A DNA stretch of 64,000 nt from Ptychomitrium polyphyllum (taxonomy: Eukaryota), in assembly GCA_973851085.1 (NCBI GenBank), contig OZ316775.1:6448001-6512000 (forward strand), given 5' to 3'. Under the pieces are notes generated by a model. It ran no database searches and had not been told where the DNA came from. It was given only the letters and a program-made list of their open reading frames with translations. Shown here one piece after another: positions 13,089 to 25,700 of the stretch. Position 1 is the stretch's first letter. Every line of letters begins with the position of its first letter. The translations under genes were made by a program, and so were the position numbers.

Positions 13089-15329
13089 TGCAGGATTGAG
13101 TAGACATACCCCATCATCAATCTGTCAACGGAGTTTTATACTGCAAAAGAAAAGAAATAAGAACTCAACGTTAAAAAAACTACTACAAAATTAGGGCACG
13201 GTACAACTAAGACCACAAATACCAGACGGACGGTAATAGATCGATCACTGTGACATCGACCAACCTTGAACAGAAGCAGTACAGCACTGACATTGAGAAT
13301 ATGAACACAATGAGAATATGAACACAATGAAACCACTCGCCCCACACACAATATTAAAAGCCTCCATTCCTCCTATTGCCTTTCACCTAAACGCACTAAA
13401 ATGCTCCAATGATCTCCCATCTTAGCAGTAATAAGGAACAAGCGACTTCACGACTATTGAGAAAGAGAGAGCTCCATTCCCGTGATAATTCCCAAGAAAG
13501 TTCCATACGCTAAATGTCAAATTCAAATGCAGCTCCAAAACCCTACCTGCAACAAATTATCACTAAACCCCAACCAGCTCAAATGTCTCGTAATTCACAA
13601 GCTCCTCCAAGAAGACAGATCACCACAGCACCAACATCTGTCGCTATGAACATCGCTCTAACAACCTAGCGACCACCATTCCCCCAAAGTCACTCCACCA
13701 ATCCCAAAAGCAAGCTCACCATCACCTCAGGTATCCAAACCCACTCCTCATCGCCTACCCGCAGGAAAACTCCATCAAACCTAACAACCAAGTCTCCTAC
13801 AACACACATGAACCGTAACTCACTCTCAACGCCACTTGCCAACAACGCAACCAAACCCTCGGTCCCTTGAAAATCCGTTGCAAGAAGACCAACATGTATC
13901 AACATAAAAAAAAAGTAAGAATGGAAAACGAAAACTCCCTACCGTGTGCCCGGGCTCCGACATGAGGTCCCCTGCGGTAGTAACCAATCATGCGCAGAAA
14001 AGGAAAAAACGTAACGGCGCAGAGATTAAAGTCACAATGATTTAAAATCACCTAAGAAGGTGTGCTTCTGTCGCCCTGTGATCCCAAGCACACAACGGGG
14101 CACAAGTGCACAAGCAAGCCGAACAACAAACCCGGAGCCAAAACTTAGAATAAACTGAACTCCACTTGGACTCCGCAGCCCCGCTGCTCCGCCATTCCTT
14201 TCCTTCTGCCGTCGACGGCGCTTGCATTTCTTCCCACCGCCGATATTCTCTGCTACCGGCGCACACTTGGTTGTCTCAGATCCACAGGGGCTTTCCCCAT
14301 TTCACAGAATTATCTACGCTTATCACACATTTCTCATTTTCAGATCTAGGAAATCCTTAGATGACAAAATATCTACCCTCAAAACCGTCGCACTACCTGA
14401 CCGCGTCAACTACGATTCTCGTAGATTTGAAAGTGAACTTTACGCTCACTGTTGATAACGTTTTATTTGGTGCAGAGACGGTTTTGGGTGTACGCCTTTT
14501 GTGGTGTATTCGATGGAGTTAGTTTTTTTCAGTTTCCGGTTTGGTAGTGGTGTTATGACGGAGGGCTGCTGTTCCATTGCGTTCCTTCAGTGTGGTGGGC
14601 GTGCCTACCGAGGAATTGTGATTGGGTGATTAAAGTCTTCAGCCTTCGTAGATAACACCGTTTCATCGAACAGGTGTCGCTTTTACTAATACGTGCGATT
14701 ATTTGGAGTGGCTGCCAGAATGGGGTGGACACTCGGCAGCGGCGGTGGTTCTTAGGAGGCTTTGGTTATTATTCGGGGGTTTGGTGGAAGTTCATCTGTG
14801 CCGTCTGTCTCCGGCGAGGACATCTCGGGTGTGGAGACCGACCAGCGTGACCTCGGATGACGTCATGCTTTCAATTGATCGGACCTAAACCTAGATTCTA
14901 GAATCTGAGCTGAATCCAATCCACATGATCGCCCATTTCACACGAGAGGACTTCCACTTATGTTGCACTAAAAACGTGAGGGAGTTCATACATGCAATCG
15001 AACCTCTGTAGTTTATGTACCTTGGATCTAGTAAACTCATCATAAAAGATCATTCATAAAAGATTGTATAACATATAACAAGAGGGAATGACATTACCAG
15101 TTTTAACCAAAACATATATCAATTTTAGAAATGAAACATTTATGACACACATACATAAACATAACTTATGCAAGGTAATATTTTACTAGAAGATTGTAGG
15201 ATTGGATGAAAAATACTAGTGTTATACTGTGAATCCTAGTCAAACATATGGATGAAGAATTTTTATTGTTTCTAATTTGCACTTTTCTAATTTGAAAAAA
15301 TCACACAATCTTTATATTAATTACAATTA

Positions 15330-15701
15330 CAATAACAACAAGATAAGGCTTTAGGATTTCAAGATATAAAATAAGGTATTTCTAAGAAAGATTAGAAAAA
15401 AAGACCTATAATAAATTTAAAGGTTTAATCTAGATTAAAGTAATACATTCATGATACTAAAGATTGCTTCAACCTTGATTCCTATAATTATTAAAACTAC
15501 AAACAATATAACTATTTAAGAAGCTTTCAATACAATGCTTTACATTCAAGCAACTTTGGATTGTTTTGCTGAAAATTTTCTTAACTAAGGTAATTTCTTT
15601 GGAAGCTTTTTTAATTAAAGCAACTTCCTCATAAGCTTCCTTAGTTTTCTTAAATCTTCCAAGAACCTTATTAAAAGCTTATAATATATATGTTTGAAAC
15701 A
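15330..15701 (-). mobile_element. Degenerate LTR remnant of the same family as the LTR at 16494
   Basis: aagataaggctttaggatttcaag and aagcaactttgg...aagcttcc blocks are reverse complements of motifs in 16494-16883; boundaries approximate. Confidence 0.5.
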
Positions 15702-16493
15702 TCACCTTTCCTTTTAGCATATAGGTTTTTGAAGAGCATGATGCAACAAGTGCTTAAAGCCATAAAAAGTCAAAAATTTGTTACATAATATTTACAATGT
15801 ATTCCAATTGTTTTTCACAATTCAAATGATTCATGGATCTTTACAACCATTGACAATGGCCAATACTTCTTACTTGAAACTAAGCATGAACTTTTGTATT
15901 TTTGTTGTAAAATTATATATTAAACATTGCTTCTAAATGACCCTCATAAACAAACTTCATTTTAAATACAATCATAAATAACTTATTCTTGAATATCCTT
16001 TGATGTCTTTTTAATCCAATCTATTCTTTATTTTGAAGTAGTCATCATGAACCACTTAATTGGAATAATACCACTGGCATAGTATCCACATCTTGATTGT
16101 CCATATCTAATATATTAAATTAATATCAAAGAACTGAAATAAATTCAAAATACAAAGGATTCAATTCTATATTATATATGGAGTTTAAAAACTTATATTC
16201 TTGGAATTGTTTTTTCTTCTTTCTAAAAGCCTAAGAATCAAGATTCTTCAAGGTTATGTAACACTACTAAGCCATTGTTCTTTATATTGCTACTTTTAAT
16301 TTGGATGGATGTTGTTGATAAAATTCACAAATTTCTATTAACAAATTGGCAAGACTATTAGCTGGCTTCCATATGCATTTACAAATGTCATATGCATGCT
16401 AATGAATCAATATTTCAACTTCTTACATTTTATTTGTGAATTAAGCACTTCTCTACAAACTCATAATAATCATCAATTTTTATTAGAGGTTAT

Positions 16494-19400
16494 TGTCATG
16501 GACATACATATTAGAAGTATCTAGAAAGGTTTTTAGAAAATTTAGAAAGCTTCCAAGGAAGCTTCCTTGACTTAGGAAACTTCCAAGGTAGTTATTTCCG
16601 AGTTAGGAAGCTTCCAAGGAAGCAACTCAAGGTTGCTTGAGTACAAAGCAATATAGATGAAGCTTTTCAAGAAGCTTCCAAGACATGTAGTTCTAATATA
16701 TATAAGAGCCGAGGCTTAAGAGTTCTTTAATGTCGACAATGCATCTCTTGTGGTCTACTTCAAACTTTTTAGCCTTATCTTTTGTACCTTGTTGTAGCTC
16801 TATATCTTTAATATACTTGGACTTATCTTGTTCTACATTTTCAAATCCTAAAGCCTTGTCTTGTGGTTACTCTGTTTGTAACAGTTTGTCAATACTATCA
16901 TACAACAATATCAGAGCTTGGTCTTTTTTTTTATAGAGAGCGGATCACCTTTCTTTCTCGAAAGCACTATAGCACTCTAGAGGTTGTTGATTACCCTCCT
17001 CTAGACTGATATTTCTTCTTAAATTTTCTTTATTTTCTTGCGTAGTTAGCAGTTTCTATCTATTCCCATTTCATTTCTATACTAGGGGGTGAAGAAGTCA
17101 ATATAACTAATTCAAAAGAAATGAAGTTAGATTCCATTATCAATGCCCTTGAAGCATTGAGGATCAAGACCAAGACTTTATTTAAGCAAAATGAAGAACT
17201 GTATTTGAGCATACACAATGGTCAAGGAGCACAAATACCACAGTTGTTATCCCAAGTCAACTTAGGTGCTTCATCGTCTAGACGTGATTTTGTACATTAC
17301 GGACAAGTTTAAGCCAAGAATTCAATGTCAACAACCAAAGAACCAAAAATCAGCCTTCCAAACAAGTTTGCTAGTACGTATTTGAAATTTTGTGGCTTTG
17401 TAAACTAAGTTCAATTTGTTATTTTGCTTCAACTTCAACGGTATTCTACGGGCGCTTTGCGTGTTGGTTTGGTAGGAACGTTGCTCTCAGAACAAGCATT
17501 GTCCTGGTTTGCATTACTTTTTGAGAAAAATTTCCCTATACTTAGCAATTTTAATGCATTCTTAGTTGCGTTTGCAAAAGCATTTGGTAACCATGACAAG
17601 CTTTATTCTGCAACTACTAAAATTTGTGCCTTGCGCCAAGGGCCATGTCCTATGTCAATTCATGCATCGGAATTTCGACAACTTGCATGCAACATCAATT
17701 AACAATAACATTAACAATAACATTAAACAATGGAGGAGTGCTATAGTAATCAACAACAAGCCCCGGTGAGTCAATTTCATTGGAGCGTATGTGACAAGGT
17801 TAAGGATTTATTGTTATCTATGCTAGACCTCCAAACACTTGATGAGGCCATTAGCCAAGCTTTAAAGTGCGATAATCATTTATTTCAACGTCGACAAGAT
17901 AAATAGACTTTGATTATACCTCGGCCTTATATCAACTTTTTGATATCTGTAGTCCTGTCTAACTCTAATAAATATTTGGGAGCAGAAGCCATGCAAATTG
18001 ATGTAGTTTGCTTCAAGCCCTTTTTCGAATAGGAGAAGAAGTGACAAAGAAAGCAAGAGTTGTGTTTGTATTGTGAAAAATCTAGCCACAAGGTTGATAA
18101 CTGCTTAGGTAAACTTCTACGTATATATCGGATGAGAGGTACAACCACCATGCCAAATGCTTTGCAGGAAAACAAGGACGTCCAGCCAAACCCGTCTATG
18201 TCAAAGTCATAGATGGTCGACCATTATCTTTTGGAGATGTAATTTATGAAACCAATCCATTAACAATAACATTAAACAATCATAATAGCCAAGTGATATT
18301 TAATGTCATTAGTTCTCCGTCAAGTTCCATCATTCTAGGACTTTCTTGGCTTAAAAAGTACAACCCGTAGGTAAATTAGAATTGGGCATCTCACAAAGTA
18401 GAATTTTTATCATTAGAGCTTGTAACTACTAAGCCTATAGAGAAAGCTGAAGCATCTTATAGATCTAAAAAGCCTCTCTTCATTGAAGCTAGAGCATTTA
18501 TAAAAATAGCAAAGACTAATGCTTTTTTTGTTGTGTATGCAATTTCAACGTCCAAAGTTGTGGCTTCATCCTCAATCATTCCAAAAAAGTATAAAGACTT
18601 CAACAATGCATTCAAATAGAAGAATGCAGACATTCTACTAAAACATAATCCTTATGACAGTGCCATAGACCTCCAAGACGGCGCCTAGCCACCATTTGAA
18701 CCTATCTATAATTTATTCCAAAACAAACTTTCATCATTGAAGGAATATATTGATGAAAATTTAGCCAAGAAATTCATACAACATTCAAAGTCTTCTGCTG
18801 GTGTTCCAATTTTTTTTGAAAAGAAGAAATATGGATCCATACAAATGTGTGTCGATTACCGTGGCCTCAACAAAATGACGATGAAGAACCGATATCCATT
18901 GCCACTAATATTTGGGCTTCTTGATCAACTTGGCCAAGCAAATATCTATACCAAACTAGGCTGATAAGGAACCTACAATTTGGTGCGCATCAAAAAACAA
19001 AACAAATGGAAGATGGCTTATCAAACAATGTATGGGCATTTTGAATACAATGTCATGATTTTTTAACTGACAAACGCACTTGCCATTTTTCAACACTCGA
19101 TGAATGATATATTTTGGGAGTGCCTCGATGATTTTGTCATATGCTATCTGGATGATGTCTAAATCTATTCAAAGAATCCAGAAGAACATAAATGACATGT
19201 TTGCATAGTCATATAAATGCTATGAGATGCCAATTTGTATGCCAAGCTATAAAAATGTGTACTCCACAACCTTAGGTAGAATTCTTTGATTATATCATCT
19301 CCAATAAAAGACTATTGATGGATTTAAAGAAGGTCAAAGCAGTTATCAATTAGACAAGGCTAAAATCAGTACGTGATGTCCAATGCTTTCTTGGATTTAC

Positions 19401-20143
19401 GAACTTCTATAGGATCTTCATTAAGGACTATTCTTGAATAGCTACACCACTCACGTGACTAATAGGTACAAAAAGCTTGAGTGAGGATCCAATGCTAAGA
19501 ATGCATTCCAAAGTTGGAAGTAAGTTTGTACTATAGTTCCTATTCTGGTCCACACGGACTATTCAAAGAAATTTTATCTTGAGACAGATGCTTCTAATTT
19601 TGCATTAGGAGTAGTTTTGTCAGAAACAAGAAGAATAGGAAGAGTCCGTCCAATTGCTTTTTATTCCAAAAAGTTTTCAGCTGCAAAAATCAACTACAAG
19701 ATCTACGACAAGAAACTCCTAGCAATTATGGATTTCTTCCAAGAATGGCATCAATTGTTCAAGGATGTTGCGCATCCAATTATTGTATATACGGATCATA
19801 AGAATTTGGAATATTTCATATTAGCCCGTATTTTGAGTTGCCGCCAAGCTCGTTGGAATATGTCTCTATCTTGATTTAATTTTTGCATCACATATCGACC
19901 CAAAAAACAGCAAAGGTTATCAAATGCTTTGTCAAGGCAATCTACCTTGCGCCAAAGGAAAAAGATGCAACACACAATCAACAACGAGCAACTTTCTTCA
20001 AACCCAAACGGTTTGTACACACACAACGACCATTTCAACTCCGGTGGATTCATTGTTCCATGACCAGGTGCGTATGACATCTACCAAAGACCCTTGTATT
20101 CTTTATATCAAGCCATGTTCCAAGAACCTCTTTGAAGATGTAT
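16494..20143 (+). mobile_element. Degenerate Ty3/Gypsy element A: 5' LTR 16494-16883, gag (~17.1-18.2 kb), partial protease, RT and RNase H; truncated by a later insertion
   Basis: LTR runs TG(tcatgg)...(gtaa)CA. Gag fragments (ALSWFALLFEKN, LRQGP), RT ([24 protein letters not shown]), RNase H (YTDHKNLEYF..QARW). Many stops and frameshifts. Confidence 0.88.
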
Positions 20144-22299
20144 TGTCACAAGCCTTGTAATGCACTTTAACAAACGTCATCAATCCTAAACACCTCCATA
20201 TGTACATGATTAACCCCCATTTTCACTCTCCAAGTTCCAAACTTGGTTTCCAATTCCCCCTACCATTTCTCTTAGGACACCCAATTGATTAGTAGCCAAT
20301 GGTTAAGTCAGGACTTCTATTCATGCTCAAGGCCTTACTTGGTATTACTCCCATTCCACACGACCTAACCGCACTTAGTGGTGTCTCTTCACCACCATTC
20401 ATGATCCCCATATGATCCTAAGATCACCCCGGACCATCATGGTGCCGGCGTGAAGACACCACCCCAACTTAGTGGTAACAAGCGTGCATTTTTAATCACA
20501 CTAGTTTTCTTTGTGAAATCGGCCATCCACCGGCTCACAATGGTGTAGGAGTCCCCATGGTGAAGCCTCAACACTAGCTACACCAATCGAGACTCACCTT
20601 TGGTTCCTACTAGAACACTAGGAGAGTGGGGAGGAGAGCCAACCATCCCTTATAGTACTCTCTGTGGAATTTGGCAGGCCCGTTAGCCCTGTGTAGTTGG
20701 CTGATCCCCAACACACCAAAACTTTTGGAAGACCACCCGACCTCCCTTGGAATTTAACCGCTAGAAGCCTCCGGGACTTCTTGCGAACCTTTAGGGAGCC
20801 ATATCTTCCATGTTTGGTGTCCAAGTCTATTAAGCAACCACTTTATCGTCATCTACTCTTTGCGTACGTGTCGATAAACTCCTCAAATATCCAATTTGAC
20901 TTAGTATTCTAAGAGATATGCCTCTTCCAAGGTTCGGAACTCATGGGGAGTCCCTCCCTGTACTGTCCCAGTCCAGTACAGTCACTGTGTAGAGCTGCCA
21001 TAGTCCAGAAAAGCCCCTTGGCAGCCCCAACTTTGGGATGCCATATCTTTTAACTTTCTTGTCCAATTTGAGCAATCTTTAGCATTCTAGAATCAACTCG
21101 TCGTGAGTATTTTAATGCCTACAATTTATCCCTTGTGGCCCTTGGTCTACATGGGCAAGGATGTTTCTCCTCCTCAGGATCCTTCCCACGCTAGGCCTAC
21201 TTGAGCCACTTCACTATCGGCGCCACAAGCCCTAGATGTTACTCCGGGGTCCTCTTTGTGCCTTTAGTGTTGCGGGCACTCCTCAAGGAGAGGTGCACAA
21301 TACTCACCTCCACCTTAATAGAGTCGATGCCCTCATCGACTATACTTGTGGTCGGCACACTAATTCCAAGGTTGCCATCCTCTAGTGGTGCAACATTGTG
21401 TTTCATCTAGGGTGCGACCTCCTCAATGCATTTATATGTCTTTGGCAAAGTCTCAAAATTGTCCGTTTAGAAGGTGGTCTGTTTAGGCACCTTAGACAAA
21501 GTTCTTGGGGCCCTAAATCACTCTAGACCTACCTATTTTGAGACCTTCTTAGGATAAACTCTGCAGTTAGGCTATACTTCCCTAACTCTACCTTTCTGAG
21601 TAGGGTGGACTTCAATGCTCCACCAAGTTGTCTTGGTTGCAAATCAATGTGGCTTTTACTCCACGATTCGATCGCATGGGGGTAATGCCAAGTTCCGCCC
21701 AACTTGGATCCTACTATCTCTATTGAGACATGGGTTCATGACTCCCATGCACTAACTTTTGTTAGTTTCTACAAGTGGCGCTTTTATAAGTACGCCCCAT
21801 TACCTTGTCCTCACCCGGACAAGCCCGAGACTAAGAAATATTATGGTTTTAACCATTCCTCCTCCCAGCCTTGGTTTCCAATACTCAGCCTTTCAAACTT
21901 GGTTTCACATGTCTATTACCCCTCTTCTACAAACTTAGCACAAGCACAAGCTTAAGACTAGGACATCATCTTATACTCTTCTCTTTGTACACACAAAAGT
22001 TGAACTTTATTGCCATATTCAAAGAACCAATACATGATGTAAAGAAATTACTGCTACAAGCTTCTCTCCCTCAACTAAAAGATATTGATGTCCACATCAA
22101 TGCCGATGTTGTCTCTTGTTGGAGTTCTTCTCCCTTTCAAAGCGTTCCACTACTTCATAAGCATTTTCCAAGTCTTTGGTCGCTATCCAAGTTGCTTCCT
22201 TTTCAAGGTACCCTTGCTACTTCACCCAATACTCTTTTCTTCTTTTCTTGTGGTGCCTGCACTTGAGAATTCCTTCTACTTTGTATTCCAAGTGAACGC
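20144..22299 (-). mobile_element. Fragment of a different LTR retroelement (B) inserted into element A, probably in opposite orientation
   Basis: Element A pol stops abruptly at TGTCACA (20144), an LTR-type terminus. Sequence is more GC-rich. Degenerate integrase-C-terminus-like peptides on the minus strand near 21.8-22.1 kb. Internal structure not resolved. Confidence 0.5.
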
Positions 22300-22779
22300 T
22301 GTCACGGACATAGATCATGCAACATAGTCATTAGAACATTCTAGAACCTTTTGGTACACTAGAATAGCTTCTTAGAATACTTTTAGATGTCTCCATAGCC
22401 TTTCCATGTTCTTAGGAAATTTCCAAAGAAGGTTCCATCATCTTAGCAAACTTTTTAGGAAGGTTCCGTTACCTTAGAAAACTTTCAAGGCAGGTTCCAA
22501 TATCTTAGGAAACTTCTTGAGAAGGTTCTTCAGACTTCTAGAACATTCTTAAGCCTTATAGGAAGCTTCTTTAGAAGTATCCTAGGAGATACAAACGTCA
22601 TAGTATAAATAGGAAGCAAGACAAGGTGTTCCTTACTCTTGCTAACACAAATTGTGGATCATCTTGAATCCTGCCTTGTTCTAGTCTTTGTATCAAGATC
22701 TTATTAATCATTAGCTCTTTGAAAAGCTAATTCTTGGGAAACACTTCGTTTCTGCTTCTTGATTCTTGTGTTTCTAACA
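22300..22779 (+). repeat. 5' LTR of element C (TATAAATA at 22604-22611)
   Basis: TG...CA termini; direct repeat of the sequence starting at 28161 and inverted copy at 40041-40623. Confidence 0.9.
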
Positions 22780-25700
22780 ATTTAGCAAGACTACTTTTCA
22801 TCTTTGTCAGACCTAAGAATCTTTGAAGAAGATTGTGGATTATCCATCTTCTTTAGAATTCCATAGCATCTTAGAGGTTGCGGATTATCCTCCTTTAAAC
22901 TGGCACCATAGAATTGATTTCTTCTTTTAGAACCAAGTATTACTTCTTTCAAAAGGACGTGGATTTTCCTCCTTTTAAAGTACTCATAATCTTGCTGTTT
23001 TTGAGAGTCTTAAGAAATGGATAACGTACCTGAAACATCAGAGAATAGGTTTGCAACTATTGCAGACCATCAAGAATTATTATACACAGTTCCAACGGAA
23101 CTCGGCCGTTTTAATACCACCAACAATTTGGAGCAACATGCTCGACAAGCTGAAGAATCCAATGGTGTTATTCAAAGCCTATATCAAGAGGTTGTTCGAT
23201 TGCGAGAGGCCAATATTGGAAGGGAAGGCTTACGTGGAATCCACGCAGAACCAAAGATTAACATGCCAGACAAGTTCGATGGATCAAGATCAAAATTGAG
23301 AAGCTTTGTTCAACAAGTAAGACTCTCCTTAATTTGCATCAATCTCGTTATCCTGATGGCACAACTCAAGTGGGATTTGTGGCCATTCTTTTATCAAACA
23401 ATACACTATCATGGTTTGCACCCCTAATGGAGAAGCAGTCACCATTATTGAACAACTTAGATGCATTCATAGAAGCATTGTCATCTACTTTTGGAAACAC
23501 CGACCGAGAGAGGGTGGCTGAGACAAGGATCCAGAGTCTCCAACAAGGGCAGCACTCAGCTGCTACATATGTTGCAGAGTTTTGACAATTAGCTTGCGAC
23601 CTTTATTGGAATGATAAAGCCTTGGTCACACGATTCCGATGGGGCTTCAGAAAGAATGTAAAGGACTTGCTACTCACAATGCCAAGAATTGAAACATTGG
23701 ACGAATTCATCATTCAAGCAATAGCATGTGACAACAGACTATTTGAGAGGCGCCAAGAACAACGCCTGGGATGGCGATCAGTACATCAAAGCATGGCTAC
23801 CACTTCTTCAAGAATATTGGAAAATTGACCATAAGGACCAAAACCTATGCAAATTGATGCTGCCCAGTTTAGATGTTTGACTCCAGAAGAAAAAGAAAGG
23901 CGTCGAAGAGAAAACCTATGTTTGTATTGTGGCAAGTCTGGACATAAAGTGCGCGATCGCCAAATCAAAGGATCTGCCTTTAAGGCTCAGAGCACAATGG
24001 TGGAGTTGGAAAACGAGGCTGTCCAGTCACAGTAGGCACCATGCGACTGGACACCACAAGGAAACCACCACCAAATCAAGGTCTCTTACTACCTTCAAAC
24101 CCTACCTCTTGTTTTACATTTTCTATCAAAATTAAGTTGTTAGATGATGAAATAATTAGTGAAGCTCTTTTAGACACTGGTGCAACGGCATGTTTTATGG
24201 CCAAGGACTTTGCAACCAAACATCACATGGTGCTTGTGAAGAAAAAATATCCCGCACATGTTGAAGTTATTGATAGACGATCTCTTACGTCTGGCAATGT
24301 TATTGAAGAAACTCAACCCTTGGAGGTTGTTTTAGGAGACTAGGCATCTAAGATTGTCTTCAACATCATTCAATGCCGAACAAATCCTATTATTCTGGAC
24401 CTCCTTTGGTTTGAATTACATAATCCAGATATTGATTGGCGCTCACGGAGTGTGGTCTCAAGGAAAAGACGTCAAGATACGAGAAATCTTGGACCATCAT
24501 TTATTGGATCTAAGGCATTTATGAGAGCGGGAAAGGATGAACCAATCTATGCCGTTTATGCCACGCCAATGTCTAGCTCTACAATAGAGACTAATCAAAA
24601 TATACCTCGTCAAATTCAAGATTATAAAGACGTTTTTGAAAAGAAGAATGCGGACATGTTACTAAAGCACCGGCCTTACGACTGTACCATTGAGTTGTAA
24701 GAAGGAGCCCAACTACCTTTTGGACCTATTTATAACTTATTACAAACTGAGTTGGCTGCCTTAAGAGAATATATTGATGAAAACCTCGGAAAAGGTTTCA
24801 TTCAACACTCTAAATCACCTGCTGGAGCACCCATACTATTTGTAAAGAAAAATATGGATCATTACATATGTGCGTGGACTATCGAGGCCTCAACAAAGTA
24901 ACAAAAAAGAATCGCTATCCATTACCATTAATCTGAGGACTCCTACAACAACTTGGCCAAGCAAAGATATTCACCAAAATTGATCTTAGAGGAGCCTACA
25001 ATCTTGTACGCATCAAAGAAGGAGACGAATAGAAGACAACTTTTTGATCTAGGTATGGTCATTTTGAATACAATGTCATGTCTATTGGCCTTATTAATGC
25101 CCCCGTAGTCTTCCAGCATATGATAAATGATATCTTCCATGAACATTTGGATGATTTTGTAGTCATCTATATAGATGATTTTTTGATATATTCAAAGGAT
25201 GAACAAGACCACAAATGTCATGTGCGACTGGTCTTAGAAAAACTACGCCGGCGAGAATTATATGCCAAATTGGAGAAGTGCCTTTTCCATGAATCATCGG
25301 TTGAATTTTTAGGCTACATCATTTTCAAAGGAGGAATCCATATGGATAAGAAAAAAATAAGCAGTGTCATGGAGTGGAGTATGCCAAGATCAATTCGAGA
25401 TGTTCAATGCTTCTTGGAATTTGCAAACTTCTATAGAATATTCATCAAGAATTATTCCAAGATTGCGGCACTATTAACACGTCTTACAGGGAAGCAAAAA
25501 TTCATTTGGGATGAAGAGGCGGAAAAAGCATTTCAAAGTCTTAAGAAGTCATTCACGTCGGCTCCAATTCTAATTCATCCAAATCCATCAAAGCCTTTTT
25601 ATTTGGAACCGGATGCCTCAGATTTTGCGCTTGGCTCAGTACTCTCACAATATAATGAAGATGGGAGACTTCACCCTCTTGCCTTTCGTTCAAGGTAGTT

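Noticed and set aside
16908..16922. atatcagagc resembling a Met-tRNA PBS in element A
   Set aside because: It lies ~25 nt past the LTR end (16883); the motif directly after the LTR fits self-priming and covaries across copies.
22400..22570. Short ggaaac/ttcc repeats with variable spacers (also 16540-16680, 28270-28420, 40300-40510)
   Set aside because: Internal LTR subrepeats, not a CRISPR-like array; the genome is eukaryotic and no cas genes are present.
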